Shown: piece by piece, positions 20,236 through 30,256 of the stretch
Numbering within the stretch: position 1 is the stretch's first letter
Layout: every line of letters starts with the position of its first letter
From: Deltaproteobacteria bacterium
GTDB lineage: Bacteria > Desulfobacterota > Dissulfuribacteria > Dissulfuribacterales > QOAL01
Direction: 5' to 3'
DNA: 64,000 nt
Assembly (NCBI GenBank): GCA_026992735.1
Contig: JALWYO010000020.1
Span: 10,054 to 74,053, forward strand
Position numbers and translations under genes: made by a program
The notes under the pieces: generated by a model
Told to the model about the DNA's origin: nothing
Seen by the model: only the letters and a program-made list of their open reading frames with translations
The model's database searches: none

Positions 20236-21120
20236 CTAACCCTTAAGTGCCTCTGCACCACCCACGATATCCATCAATTCCGTGGTGATTGCGGCCTGAC
20301 GTGCCTTATTATAGGCAAGGGTCAGTGATTCTATCATATCCTTGCACGCCCTTGCTGCATTATCCATGGCCGTCATTCTTGCAGCCTGTTCACTGGCGCC
20401 AGTCTCCAGCATCGCTGCAAGAATCTGCACGTTCACATACATGGGCATGAGTTTATTGAGTATTTCCTCTGGTTCCGGCTCATATATATAAGCTGCCTTT
20501 GGCCCTTCTTCCTCAGCCTTTTCCGCCTCTTCAAGCCCTGTGGCACTGATGGGCAAAAGCTTTTTTATGGTGGGCGTCTGGACCGCTACATTGACAAACC
20601 TGCCGTAAACGAAATCCACCTCGTCAACAGCGCCATCCAGAAACAGCTTTGACAGCTCCATGCCCGCCTTCCGGGCGTCCTGCATCTGTATATCTGCCAT
20701 GCAATCGGTCATATTAAAGGGAATATCAAACTTGGATCTGGAAAAGTAAGAAGCCCCCTTCTTTCCTATGCAACCGACCACTACCTCTTTACCTTCCTCT
20801 TGCTTAGCTGCCAGGAATTTTTCAGAGGCATTAATTATATTAGCATTAAACGATCCGCAAAGGCCCCTATCTGATGTTAACACCAGAAGCATTACCTTCT
20901 TTACGTCCCGCTCCTCCATGAGGGGGAACACATTCGGATCAGCAGTGCCTGATAACTCGCCCATTACTGTTGCGAACTTGTCAGCATAAGGCCGAAACTC
21001 CTCCATACGGGCCTGGGCTCCGCGCAATTTTGCCGCAGCCACCATATTCATGGCCTTGGTAATCTGCTCGGTCTTCTTGATACCCGTAATCTTAATCTGT
21101 ATATCTTTTAAGGATGCCAT
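20236..21120 (-). CDS. atpG: F1 ATP synthase gamma subunit
   Basis: 294 aa. N-terminus MASLKDIQIKI..ITKAM and a conserved C-terminal helix. Confidence 0.95.
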   Translation of the reverse strand: MASLKDIQIKITGIKKTEQITKAMNMVAAAKLRGAQARMEEFRPYADKFATVMGELSGTADPNVFPLMEERDVKKVMLLVLTSDRGLCGSFNANIINASEKFLAAKQEEGKEVVVGCIGKKGASYFSRSKFDIPFNMTDCMADIQMQDARKAGMELSKLFLDGAVDEVDFVYGRFVNVAVQTPTIKKLLPISATGLEEAEKAEEEGPKAAYIYEPEPEEILNKLMPMYVNVQILAAMLETGASEQAARMTAMDNAARACKDMIESLTLAYNKARQAAITTELMDIVGGAEALKG

Positions 21121-21142
21121 TTATCCTTGCCCCCTGAGGATT

Positions 21143-22666
21143 CTAAACATTATGCGTGGCCTTAAAATCTGCTACGCACTCTTCTATGGCCTTGGCCATC
21201 TTCCGCTCAAGATCATCATCAATAGCCTGTTTTTCCTTAAGCTCCTCGTATATCTGGGGGTATTTCTGCTCAACAAAGTCATACAAGGCCTTTTCAAATT
21301 CCTGTATTGAACTCACAGGCAGTGCATCAAGCATACCCTTTGTACCTGCAAACAGTGCTACTACCTGCTTTTCCATTGGAAGTGGCTGATACTGAGGCTG
21401 TTTAAGGAGTTCAACCAGACGCTCACCGCGGTTCAGCTGTTTCTGAGTTGCCTCATCCAAATCGCTGCCGAACTGAGCGAATGCCGCCAGCTCACGGTAC
21501 TGGGCAAGATCAAGACGCAAAGTACCGGCAACCTGCTTCATGGCCTTGACCTGGGCTGCACCACCGACCCTGGAAACCGAAAGACCGACATTGATTGCAG
21601 GACGAACGCCAGCAAAAAACAGTGCCGGCTCCAGGTAAACCTGGCCATCAGTAATTGAAATAACGTTTGTCGGGATATAAGCGGAAACGTCACCCTGCTG
21701 TGTCTCGATGATGGGGAGAGCAGTCAAGCTGCCGGCACCAAGATCATCGTTAAGCTTGGCAGACCTTTCGAGCAACCTGGAGTGGTTATAGAAGATATCG
21801 CCAGGATAGGCCTCACGTCCTGGAGGACGCCTGAGAAGCAGGGAAAGCTCGCGGTAGGACACAGCCTGCTTTGAAAGATCATCGTAGATTATCAGGCAGT
21901 GCTTGCCATTGTCCCTGAAGTACTCACCCATGGCTGTTGCAGAGAAGGATGAAAGATACTGAAGTGAAGCAGGCTCACTTGCACTACTTGCCACGACTGT
22001 TGTGTATTCCATGGCGCCTGCACGCCTCAGGGCCTCAACAACCAGAGCAACGGTAGCCTGTTTCTGACCGACTGCATTGTATATACAGTAAACATCTGTC
22101 TCTTTCTGGGCGATGATGGCGTCAACACCAATGGCGGTCTTACCGATCTGACGGTCACCGATGATCAGCTCACGCTGGCCTCTACCAACAGGCGTCATAG
22201 CATCAACAGCCTTGAGACCTGTATAACATGGCTCATGCACAGGCTTCCTGGCAATAACACCAGGGGCCTTCATCTCAATACGTCTGAACTCCTTGGCATC
22301 AAGCGGCCCTTTGCCGTCGATGGGATTACCAAGACCATCAACTACCCTGCCGAGCATGCAGTCACCAACAGGCACCTGGGCGATCTTCCCAGTCCTCTTG
22401 ACCGGGTCACCTTCCTTGATGTTTTCAACATCACCCATGACTGCCACACCAACGTTGTCTTGCTCAAGATTAAGGGCAATGCCCATAATCCCTCCAGGGA
22501 ACTCGAGAAGCTCCATGGCCATGCAGTTACGGACTCCGTATACACGGGCCACGTTGTCACCAACGGAAAGAACTGTGCCGGTCTCTGCGAGATCAACAGT
22601 CTTTTCGAATTCCTGTATCCTCTTCTTTATTATATCGCTGATTTCGGATGCGTTTATCTGTGCCAT
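21143..22666 (-). CDS. atpA: F1 ATP synthase alpha subunit
   Basis: 507 aa with P-loop GDRQIGKT. Confidence 0.97.
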   Translation of the reverse strand: MAQINASEISDIIKKRIQEFEKTVDLAETGTVLSVGDNVARVYGVRNCMAMELLEFPGGIMGIALNLEQDNVGVAVMGDVENIKEGDPVKRTGKIAQVPVGDCMLGRVVDGLGNPIDGKGPLDAKEFRRIEMKAPGVIARKPVHEPCYTGLKAVDAMTPVGRGQRELIIGDRQIGKTAIGVDAIIAQKETDVYCIYNAVGQKQATVALVVEALRRAGAMEYTTVVASSASEPASLQYLSSFSATAMGEYFRDNGKHCLIIYDDLSKQAVSYRELSLLLRRPPGREAYPGDIFYNHSRLLERSAKLNDDLGAGSLTALPIIETQQGDVSAYIPTNVISITDGQVYLEPALFFAGVRPAINVGLSVSRVGGAAQVKAMKQVAGTLRLDLAQYRELAAFAQFGSDLDEATQKQLNRGERLVELLKQPQYQPLPMEKQVVALFAGTKGMLDALPVSSIQEFEKALYDFVEQKYPQIYEELKEKQAIDDDLERKMAKAIEECVADFKATHNV

Positions 22667-23217
22667 TATCCTATTTCACCCCTCCCTATGGATTCTTTCA
22701 AGCCTTCAAGCTGGCTCTTTATACTTCCGTCCCAGACCATATCACCGACGTGAGCTACAACGCCACCGATAATCTCCGGGTCTTCTTCAGCTACAAGAAC
22801 TACTTTCTTCCCGGTAGCCCCTTCAAATGCCTCTTCCATCTTCTTCTGCAAATCCTTTGAAAGAGGAACCGCTGTTGTTACCTTGGCCCTGAGCACTCCA
22901 AGCTCCTCATCAATCAATTCCTGGAATGCCTCTGCAATTAGCGGCAGGTAATGGATCCTGTTTCTCTCCACAAGTACCCGCAGAAAATTGGCCATGGTAT
23001 CATCTACCTTAGCTGCCTTAATAAGCTCTTCAATGATTTCCTGTTTGACTTCCAAGCCTATGATGGGACTTTCAAGGGCGGCTTCTATGTCAGGATTGCC
23101 CTTGAGGAACCCATTCAGCTCCTGAAGGGTCTCATTAAAGGCCTGCAGCTTGTCCTCTTCCTTGCCTACTGCAAAGAGTGCCTTTGCATACCTTCTTGCT
23201 AATACTGTGCTAATCAA
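22666..23217 (-). CDS. atpH: F1 ATP synthase delta (OSCP) subunit
   Basis: 183 aa. The ARRYAKALF start is typical of delta. Overlaps atpA and atpF. Confidence 0.9.
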   Translation of the reverse strand: MISTVLARRYAKALFAVGKEEDKLQAFNETLQELNGFLKGNPDIEAALESPIIGLEVKQEIIEELIKAAKVDDTMANFLRVLVERNRIHYLPLIAEAFQELIDEELGVLRAKVTTAVPLSKDLQKKMEEAFEGATGKKVVLVAEEDPEIIGGVVAHVGDMVWDGSIKSQLEGLKESIGRGEIG

Positions 23218-23813
23218 TTTTTATGCACCACCCTTTCAAGGTATTCACTGATGAGCTTAGAATGATCCTGCTCAGTCAGATTTTTCCTGATGATTTCTTC
23301 TGCCATCTTAATAGCTACATTGGCAACCTCGTCCTGGAGTTCCTTCTTGGCCTTGGCCAGTTCCTGCTGCACATAGTATTCAGCCTGAATCTTGATCCTC
23401 TCGGCAGTCTCCTTGGCCTGCTGAATTATCTTCTCTTTCTCAGCCTGCCCCTGGGCCATAAAATTCTCAAGGATTTTCTTGGCCTCTTCATCCATACCAG
23501 AGAGCTTCTGCTCATACTCTGCATACCTGCGCTCTGCAGCTGCCTTCTTTTCCTCAAGCTCGCTGAATGCCTTTTCTATGGATTCGGTACGACTCTTAAC
23601 ACCATCAGCAATGGGCTTCTTGAGGTATTTAAGGAGTATAAGCACCAGAAGGGTAAAGTTGAGACAATGCCAGATAAAATTCATTACCTGAACATGAGTC
23701 AACGTATGAGAATGCCCCTCGTGCCCGGCAGCCCAGCAGCCAGTAGCCAGGAACAACACCACAAAAACAGTCAGGATTGAAATTAAAAAATATTTCTTAT
23801 TGGAAAGAATCAT
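23214..23813 (-). CDS. atpF: Fo ATP synthase subunit b
   Basis: 199 aa with one N-terminal TM region followed by a long charged helix. Confidence 0.85.
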   Translation of the reverse strand: MILSNKKYFLISILTVFVVLFLATGCWAAGHEGHSHTLTHVQVMNFIWHCLNFTLLVLILLKYLKKPIADGVKSRTESIEKAFSELEEKKAAAERRYAEYEQKLSGMDEEAKKILENFMAQGQAEKEKIIQQAKETAERIKIQAEYYVQQELAKAKKELQDEVANVAIKMAEEIIRKNLTEQDHSKLISEYLERVVHKN

Positions 23814-24238
23814 TAAACCGCCCTCCCAAGCAATTTTTGAGCAATTTCCATAGCAAATGCCTCTGCCTGGGCCTGCAGCTCCTTCTTGGCAGCCTCTATC
23901 TGGCTGACAAGCTGACCCATAAGCTCTTCCTTCTTGGCCTCTGCCTCCTTGGTGCTCTCCTCAAGCAATTTTGCCTCTTCTTCTTTGGCCTGCGCCCTGA
24001 ACCTCTCAAACTCTTCCTTGCCAGCCAGCCTAGCCTCTCTCATCTTCCTTTCAAAATCCTCAATGAGCCGCTTAGTGCTGTTTTCAAACTTGGCAGCCTC
24101 TGCATCAATGGCGTCCATCTTTTCCTTACGTTCCTTTATGGCCTTGCGCAGCGGCTTGTAAAGCGCGGAATTCAAAAAGGCAATCATAAAAAGGACACAA
24201 ATAATTTCTGCTACGATCGATAAGTCTATTGTAATCAT
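23813..24238 (-). CDS. Fo ATP synthase subunit b'
   Basis: 141 aa with one TM helix plus a charged helix. First gene of the atpF'FHAGDC unit. Confidence 0.8.
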   Translation of the reverse strand: MITIDLSIVAEIICVLFMIAFLNSALYKPLRKAIKERKEKMDAIDAEAAKFENSTKRLIEDFERKMREARLAGKEEFERFRAQAKEEEAKLLEESTKEAEAKKEELMGQLVSQIEAAKKELQAQAEAFAMEIAQKLLGRAV

Positions 24239-24368
24239 AAGCTCTCCTACCCCCGAAGGCTAAATATTCCCATTTATCACACGGTTACAAAAAAATGAAG
24301 CTCCATTCATTATTTTTAGAAGTAGCTTTTACCTTATTTAGAGCGTTCTGTCAACGCTTTTTAAGCTA

Positions 24369-25025
24369 TCAAATACCTTTTCTGTCCCCCCAGAGCAGCC
24401 TGTGAAGCTGGATCTGCATCCTTGCAACAGGCCTGTCCTCCAGCATCCAGGCAGCCAGTTCACGGGGATGCACATCACCCGAGGCCGGAGACAACAAGAC
24501 TTCACATACATTGTGAAGAAAATGGTTTCTGGCAGTATTGAGTACCCATTCATAATCCGTTCTGGAAACAATTACAAATTTTATCTGGTCTTTTGGCGAT
24601 AAAAATTTCAGATTTTCCAGCCTGAAGGAACGGCCCTCGCCACTGCCTGGTGTTTTCCAGTCCAATATCTTTATAACCTTGCGTGGCACTCTGGCAACAT
24701 TCAGGCTGCCATTGGTTTCCAGAAGACAGGTGGCACCAGCATGGAGCAAATTCTCCATCAGGCGATAGACAGCCGGCTGCAGCAGAGGTTCACCGCCGGT
24801 AATCAGAACAAGGGGTATTCTGCTTTTCTGCCAGGCAGCCACCAGGGCCTTGATCTGGCAGCTGTCTCCACGGGCAAATGCGTATTTGGTATCACAGTAG
24901 CAACAGCGCAGATTGCATCCTGAAAGCCTTATAAAAAAACACGGATAGCCGCTGTAACTGCCCTCACCCTGGATACTGGCAAAGAATTCGCAAACATACA
25001 GAAGATCATCCGATGTCTTACTCAC
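24369..25025 (-). CDS. queE: 7-carboxy-7-deazaguanine synthase (radical SAM)
   Basis: FASIQGEG and CNLRCCYCDT motifs. Start placed at GTG 25025, overlapping the queD stop. The track ORF extends to ATG 25133 inside queD, so the start is uncertain. Confidence 0.8.
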   Translation of the reverse strand: MSKTSDDLLYVCEFFASIQGEGSYSGYPCFFIRLSGCNLRCCYCDTKYAFARGDSCQIKALVAAWQKSRIPLVLITGGEPLLQPAVYRLMENLLHAGATCLLETNGSLNVARVPRKVIKILDWKTPGSGEGRSFRLENLKFLSPKDQIKFVIVSRTDYEWVLNTARNHFLHNVCEVLLSPASGDVHPRELAAWMLEDRPVARMQIQLHRLLWGDRKGI

Positions 25026-25389
25026 TATAGACCACACCTGCCGAAGGCGTTTCACAGACTTTGACGCTATGAACCCTGACATCCTGGAACGGCTGGAGAC
25101 CCTTTCCGACTGCCTTGTAGATGTATTCCGCAAGTCTCTCCGATGAAGGATTTACAGCTGCAAATTCAGGAAGGTCATTGAGATTCTTATGGTCAAGCCT
25201 GTCCATGACCTCCTTTACAATCCGTTTAAGATCCCTGAAGTCAATTGCCACATCTATATTGTTTAACTTGGTGGCTGAAACAGTCACCTCCACATCCCAG
25301 TTATGGCCGTGCAGATGTTCACAGTTTCCGGGATAGTTCCTCAAGAAATGGGCGGAGGAAAAATGCGTCTTAACAAAAACCAGGTACAT
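25018..25389 (-). CDS. queD: 6-carboxy-5,6,7,8-tetrahydropterin synthase
   Basis: 123 aa with SAHFL...CEHLHGHNW motifs. Confidence 0.9.
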   Translation of the reverse strand: MYLVFVKTHFSSAHFLRNYPGNCEHLHGHNWDVEVTVSATKLNNIDVAIDFRDLKRIVKEVMDRLDHKNLNDLPEFAAVNPSSERLAEYIYKAVGKGLQPFQDVRVHSVKVCETPSAGVVYSE

Positions 25390-25448
25390 ATCTTTCGTCT
25401 CTCTTCAATGCATCAATTCAGAAAAATCTTAATCCGCAAATCACTATA

Positions 25449-26144
25449 TCACTCTCTTGGTCCGAAAAGAGCGGTGCCAATCCTGACGATGGTGGCCCCC
25501 TCTTCCACTGCCTCCTCGAAATCCCCGGACATTCCCATGGAAATATGGCAGAAACCTTTCTCTGCTGGCAGCAGTGCCTGGCTGACCATATCATCCCTGA
25601 GCTCTCTCATCTGCCTGAACCATCTTCTTACATCATCTTTTGAAGATGACCAGGGATGGATGGTCATGAGTCCTCTTGCCCTGATAGACTGGAGTTCCCG
25701 GATGCCTGAAAGAAGCTCTGGCAATTCAGAGGGTGCCACCCCTGACTTTGCCTGGTCCATACCTATATTCACCTGACAGAGGCAGTCTATAGTCTTGCCA
25801 AGATTCCCTGCATGCCTGTCAATGGCCCTTGCAAGCTTAAGGCTGTCTACGGTCTCTATGCAGTCAAAATACTGTACGGCCAGTTTTGCCTTGTTTCTCT
25901 GGAGATGACCGATAAAATGCCATTGAATTTCATGCCTTATATCTGCAAGTTCATCAATCTTTACCACTGCCTCCTGGACATAGTTCTCTCCGAACCACTG
26001 CTGCCCGCACTGAAACAATTCACGAACCATGCTCGCAGGTTTTTTTTTGCTTACAGCAAGGATATTCACTTCCGAGGCATCCCGTCCAGCCCTTAAAGCT
26101 GCGGCCTGCACCCGGGTCTTTATATCATCTAATCTACTGCACAT
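25449..26144 (-). CDS. yggS: YggS-family pyridoxal-phosphate homeostasis protein
   Basis: 231 aa. Alanine-racemase N-terminal fold pattern (LAVSKKK, HFIGHLQRNK). Confidence 0.85.
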   Translation of the reverse strand: MCSRLDDIKTRVQAAALRAGRDASEVNILAVSKKKPASMVRELFQCGQQWFGENYVQEAVVKIDELADIRHEIQWHFIGHLQRNKAKLAVQYFDCIETVDSLKLARAIDRHAGNLGKTIDCLCQVNIGMDQAKSGVAPSELPELLSGIRELQSIRARGLMTIHPWSSSKDDVRRWFRQMRELRDDMVSQALLPAEKGFCHISMGMSGDFEEAVEEGATIVRIGTALFGPRE

Positions 26145-26707
26145 GCCCTTATTGCCCCTATATTCAGCAGGTCCTCTGCAAGTTCTGTCATGGGCAGGCC
26201 CACCACATTGGTGTACGAGCCTTTTATCTCCCTGACCATGAACCCTCCGATACCCTGGACCGCATAAGCCCCTGCCTTATCCAGGGGCTCTCCGGTAGCA
26301 CAATAATTTTCTATCACTTTCAGGCCAAAATCAGCCAGAAAAACCCGGCTTTCCAGGCACCTGCTGATATCAATATTATCCGCCAGATGTTTAATACAGA
26401 AACCTGTAAAAACCTGGTGCCAGCGTCCGCAAAGCTCAGTCAGCATGGAAACCGCTTCGGCATAATCTGAAGGCTTGCCGAATACCCGACCGGACAGGGC
26501 AACGCAGGTATCCGCGCCTATGACCACGGAATCCGGCCTTGAACTGGAGATCTCTTCAGCCTTTGCTGCCGCATTCAGACGCACAAGATCTTCAGGAGGC
26601 AGCCCTAAATCCCGGCCAAGCTCTTCTGCAGTAGCGGCATGAATATCAAAATCCAGCCCAAGAGCAGCAAGCAGATCCTTCCTGCGCGGCGATCCCGAAG
26701 CCAGCAC
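26129..26707 (-). CDS. maf: Maf-like nucleoside triphosphate pyrophosphatase
   Basis: LASGSPRR motif. Start set at GTG 26707, overlapping the tatD stop (TAGTG). An alternative ATG lies at 26755. Confidence 0.8.
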   Translation of the reverse strand: MLASGSPRRKDLLAALGLDFDIHAATAEELGRDLGLPPEDLVRLNAAAKAEEISSSRPDSVVIGADTCVALSGRVFGKPSDYAEAVSMLTELCGRWHQVFTGFCIKHLADNIDISRCLESRVFLADFGLKVIENYCATGEPLDKAGAYAVQGIGGFMVREIKGSYTNVVGLPMTELAEDLLNIGAIRACAVD

Positions 26708-27492
26708 TAAGGACTTTTCAGCCCGAAAAGCGCCTCTGCATTCTCTGTGGTGCAACGTGCGATCTCCTCTGTGGGAACATTTCTTATATCAGCCAGTCTT
26801 TCCGCAACAATTCTCACCCTTGCCGGCTCATTGGGCTTGCCCCGAAACGGCACGGGAGAAAGAAACGGGCTGTCCGTCTCTATAAGCATCCTGTCAAAAG
26901 GAACGAATTTCGCAACATCTGTCAGGTCCTGGGCCTTGGGGAATGTGATCACTCCGGTAAAGGAGATAAAGAAGCCCAGATCCAGCACCTTTTCGGCCAT
27001 GGCAGTATCCCCTGAAAAACAATGAAATACCCCAGAAATCCCTGATTTTCTGGAAAAATTGCGTAAAATGGCGAGACAATCCTCATGGGCCTCCCTGTCA
27101 TGAATTATCACCGGCAGGCCCATGGAAGATGCTGCATGGAGCTGAGCCTCAAACGCTGCCTTTTGAACATCCCGTGGCGTATGATCCCTATAATAGTCCA
27201 GGCCTATCTCTCCCCAGGCAACTACACCGGGACTGGCTGCAAGCTCCCTCAGCCTGGACAGAGACATATCATCGAACCCACTCGCATCATTGGGATGCAA
27301 TCCTGTTGCTGCAAAAACCTGGGGAAAGAACTGGGTATACTGAACAGATCTGGAGGAACTGGCGATATCTATCCCAACGGAAATAACCCTGCTGACTCCC
27401 TGTGCCTTGGCTCTGGCAAGCACCTCATCAATAGACGCATTGTCCTGGATCATGTCCAGGTGTGCATGGGTATCCACCAGTGATATACTCAC
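26707..27492 (-). CDS. tatD: TatD-family metal-dependent hydrolase/DNase
   Basis: 261 aa with an N-terminal DTHAHL motif and a conserved ETDSP motif. Confidence 0.9.
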   Translation of the reverse strand: MSISLVDTHAHLDMIQDNASIDEVLARAKAQGVSRVISVGIDIASSSRSVQYTQFFPQVFAATGLHPNDASGFDDMSLSRLRELAASPGVVAWGEIGLDYYRDHTPRDVQKAAFEAQLHAASSMGLPVIIHDREAHEDCLAILRNFSRKSGISGVFHCFSGDTAMAEKVLDLGFFISFTGVITFPKAQDLTDVAKFVPFDRMLIETDSPFLSPVPFRGKPNEPARVRIVAERLADIRNVPTEEIARCTTENAEALFGLKSP

Positions 27493-27531
27493 AGCAAAAC
27501 CGCCCTTCCCGGCCTTCTCCCCGGCAAATTG

Positions 27532-28974
27532 TCAATCAGTGATTACCCTGGGAATGGAAATTATGCAGGTAGTTCCCCCAATGCGGTTTGTGGTAAGCCT
27601 AAGGGTACCACCGTGCTGCTCGATAATCTGTTTTGACCTTGACAGCCCCAAGCCCAGAGAATGGAACTTTGTAGTGAAAAATGGATTATCCACCTTCCGG
27701 AAATGCCCCCGTGCTATACCGAGACCGCTATCAGAAATTCGGAGTTCTGCATCATCGCCCTTCCTGGCAACCACTATCACAAGGACTCCCCCATCAGGCA
27801 TTGCCTCCAGGGAATTTCTCAATATATTCAGCACTGCCTGCTTGAACTTTTCAACATCTGCCATGACAGTTACGGCAGCCTCTGGATAGTTTTCATGGAG
27901 AGCTATGCCGATTTCCTCGATTTCAGCCTTAAACATGGCGACAATCACCCTAACTGTAGAGCCCAGATCCACAAGTTCCATGGACATGGGACCTGAATCC
28001 TGAAGCTCGGCTATGCGGGAAAGCGTCTGTTCCAGTTTTTCCGACTCCCGAATTATGGTATCAAGATATTCACGCTTTAATGGATCACTCTCTTTCCGCC
28101 TCATGACAGTGGAAATCCCACCTATGGCTGAAAGAGGATTTTTCATCTCGTGCAACAGCCTGTCCAGCAACATGCCAATAGCTGAAAACTTTTCCGTCTC
28201 TACAAGAAGATGCTTCTGCTCTTCAACAGCCTTGTTGATCTCTTGGAGCCTCTTCATTCGGCCTTCCAGCGTACGGCATATCTTGCTCTGGCAAATGGCT
28301 ATGGAACCAAGGCCGACAAAAAGGTCCAGGCTGTATAGCAGGTGTTCTGAAATCCTGTTTTCGGTATAGAGATTGTCTGCCACAATCACACCATATTTTG
28401 CTCCATGGGCAAAAAGAGGCGCTACGGCAAACTCCATGTTCCCAAGCAGTTCACACATCTTGCTGGATTCAACAATACCGGGGCCGCCATGCCTTGCAAC
28501 GATAAAAGAACGGTTTTCGATAAGGGATCGAACCAGAATGTTCTCGTGGTCCTCCATGGATATCTTTATGGACGTAGCCAGGATATTCATAGGATGGCTT
28601 GCATCATTAAGCTGACCCCTTGCTCCATCCAGGATATCAAAGAGCCCCATATCTTCTCTGGCTATCTCATGCCAGATCCTGCCTGCCTCTTCAGGACTTC
28701 CAGGCCCCAGGCCGCACCTGCCCTCAAGCGTATGCCCGTCATCGCTGACGATAAACAAAAACGCCCTGTTAAACCCCAGGCCTTCCCCGCTGGTAGTTCC
28801 TGCAAGCACAGCATTAAGAATGTCATCCAACTCCCCGGCAGTTACAAATGTCTCATTGAGCTTGCGGACAAGATCCCGAAGCGGCCTTAAAGAACCACCC
28901 GAGGTTGTTGAGCCAGAGAAAGGCTCATTTCCAAAGGAGGGCGAATCAATCTCCATACAATGTACGTTCTGCAT
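27532..28974 (-). CDS. soluble sensor histidine kinase with GAF-like N-terminal domains
   Basis: H-box LHEMKNPLSAI. HATPase N/G boxes (NSLEAM, DSGLGI, GLGLS). No TM helices. No adjacent response regulator. Confidence 0.8.
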   Translation of the reverse strand: MQNVHCMEIDSPSFGNEPFSGSTTSGGSLRPLRDLVRKLNETFVTAGELDDILNAVLAGTTSGEGLGFNRAFLFIVSDDGHTLEGRCGLGPGSPEEAGRIWHEIAREDMGLFDILDGARGQLNDASHPMNILATSIKISMEDHENILVRSLIENRSFIVARHGGPGIVESSKMCELLGNMEFAVAPLFAHGAKYGVIVADNLYTENRISEHLLYSLDLFVGLGSIAICQSKICRTLEGRMKRLQEINKAVEEQKHLLVETEKFSAIGMLLDRLLHEMKNPLSAIGGISTVMRRKESDPLKREYLDTIIRESEKLEQTLSRIAELQDSGPMSMELVDLGSTVRVIVAMFKAEIEEIGIALHENYPEAAVTVMADVEKFKQAVLNILRNSLEAMPDGGVLVIVVARKGDDAELRISDSGLGIARGHFRKVDNPFFTTKFHSLGLGLSRSKQIIEQHGGTLRLTTNRIGGTTCIISIPRVITD

Positions 28975-29076
28975 TTTTCGGAAAATTCAAGCAATAACAG
29001 CAAAAGGCATCTGGCCCGCGATGCAAGCCAGTATCCAGGCAATCAATCGACTTTTTGAAAGTATTCACTAAAACTC

Positions 29077-29104
29077 TTGACACAAACATTATCCTTCGTA
29101 TACT
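29077..29104 (+). promoter_or_regulatory. sigma70-type promoter candidate for the small secreted protein gene
   Basis: TTGACA (29077-29082), a 16-nt spacer, TATACT (29099-29104). Predicts a leader of about 140 nt. Confidence 0.5.
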
Positions 29105-29141
29105 AATCCAAGATTTATTAAAAGTCATCATCTGATTATTT

Positions 29142-29203
29142 ATGAAAATACAGGGGCGCAAAGCTGTATTTTCATGCCGTGGGATACAACTGTAAAAATA
29201 CAG
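29142..29203 (+). promoter_or_regulatory. structured leader with three copies of an AAAATACAG/CTGTATTTT module
   Basis: Perfect 12-bp hairpin ATGAAAATACAG (29142-29153) / CTGTATTTTCAT (29164-29175). A third copy AAAAATACAG (29194-29203) could pair with the same 3' arm instead. Confidence 0.4.
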
Positions 29204-29250
29204 CTGTGAACGGAGTTTATCAAATCAAAAGAGCAAAAAAGGAGGAAATT

Positions 29251-29457
29251 ATGCGCAAAAAACTCACATCACTGGTACTGGCACTGGTTTTCACTGTTGG
29301 TCTCTCTGGAGTCAGCCTGGCAGCTAAATGCAAGGGCGAGGTGGTCAAGAACGAAGGCGGCGAGATGGTCATTAAGCTGAAAGGCGAGTGCAAGGCCAAT
29401 GCTGGAGATTCTGTAAAGATAAAGGTCAAACATGCTGCCAAGGTAGAAGGCTGCTAA
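29251..29457 (+). CDS. small secreted Cys-containing protein (68 aa precursor)
   Basis: RBS AAGGAGG. Signal peptide MRKKLTSLVLALVFTVGLSGVSLA. Mature 44 aa AKCKGEVVKNEGGEMVIKLKGECKANAGDSVKIKVKHAAKVEGC, ending in Cys. Confidence 0.65.
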   Translation: MRKKLTSLVLALVFTVGLSGVSLAAKCKGEVVKNEGGEMVIKLKGECKANAGDSVKIKVKHAAKVEGC

Positions 29458-29483
29458 TCCCCTTCTTCTATATTTATTTTGCA

Positions 29484-29517
29484 AAGGGGCTGCTTGAGAC
29501 ATAGCAACCCCTTTTTT
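29484..29517. terminator. bidirectional intrinsic terminator between the small protein gene and rpe
   Basis: AAGGGGCTGC ... GCAACCCCTT stem followed by TTTTT. Preceded by a T/A-rich tract on the other strand. Confidence 0.6.
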
Positions 29518-29519
29518 AC

Positions 29520-30203
29520 TTAGCCCCGGTTCCTCGAGGCTTCTTCCTTTAGATCACTGATTGCCTGGGAATAGTCCCGGCTTCCAAATACAGCAGAACC
29601 GGCAACACAGATATCAGCACCTGCCTCAACCACAGAGCGCACTGTGCGGATATTTACCCCGCCGTCCACCTCAACAGGAACAGAGACATCCTGCTCTTTG
29701 CACATCTGCTTGAGAAAACGAATCTTTTCAAGAGATGAAGAGATAAATTCCTGGCCTCCAAAACCAGGATTGACGCTCATAATCACTATCATGTCCAGAT
29801 CCTTCAACACGTACTCAAGGACAGACGGACTGGTGGCAGGGTTCAGGACTGCGCCTGCCTTTACCCCTAAGGACTTTATCTGCTGGATGGTTCTGTGCAG
29901 GTGGATACATGCCTCTACATGCACGGATATAATATCGGCACCGGCCCTGATGAAATCCTCAATATACCTGTCAGGTTCCACTATCATAAGGTGAACGTCC
30001 AAAGGCAGGGAGGTCACGGGACGCAGGGCCCTGACTACCAGAGGCCCTATGGTGATATTAGGGACAAAACGACCATCCATTACATCCACGTGGATAAGAT
30101 CTGCCCCGGCCTCCTCAACATCCCTTACCTGCTGACCAAGAACAGAAAAATCTGCTGACAAAATAGAAGGGGCTATTTGCACTTTCATTATTTGTACTTT
30201 CAT
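29520..30203 (-). CDS. rpe: ribulose-phosphate 3-epimerase
   Basis: 227 aa with the typical [10 protein letters not shown] start and DVMDG/GFGGQ motifs. Two tandem in-frame starts ([10 protein letters not shown]). Confidence 0.92.
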   Translation of the reverse strand: MKVQIMKVQIAPSILSADFSVLGQQVRDVEEAGADLIHVDVMDGRFVPNITIGPLVVRALRPVTSLPLDVHLMIVEPDRYIEDFIRAGADIISVHVEACIHLHRTIQQIKSLGVKAGAVLNPATSPSVLEYVLKDLDMIVIMSVNPGFGGQEFISSSLEKIRFLKQMCKEQDVSVPVEVDGGVNIRTVRSVVEAGADICVAGSAVFGSRDYSQAISDLKEEASRNRG

Positions 30204-30256
30204 GACAATCCAGTTATATAGTCTGAAACAAGATAAAAAGGAACAGGTTATTTATA

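Noticed and set aside
29190-29203. CTGTAAAAATACAG as a LexA/SOS box.
   Set aside because: The spacing is CTGT-N6-ACAG, not the N8 of the gammaproteobacterial box. LexA boxes known for delta-type lineages have different consensus sequences. It is more simply part of the repeated leader module.
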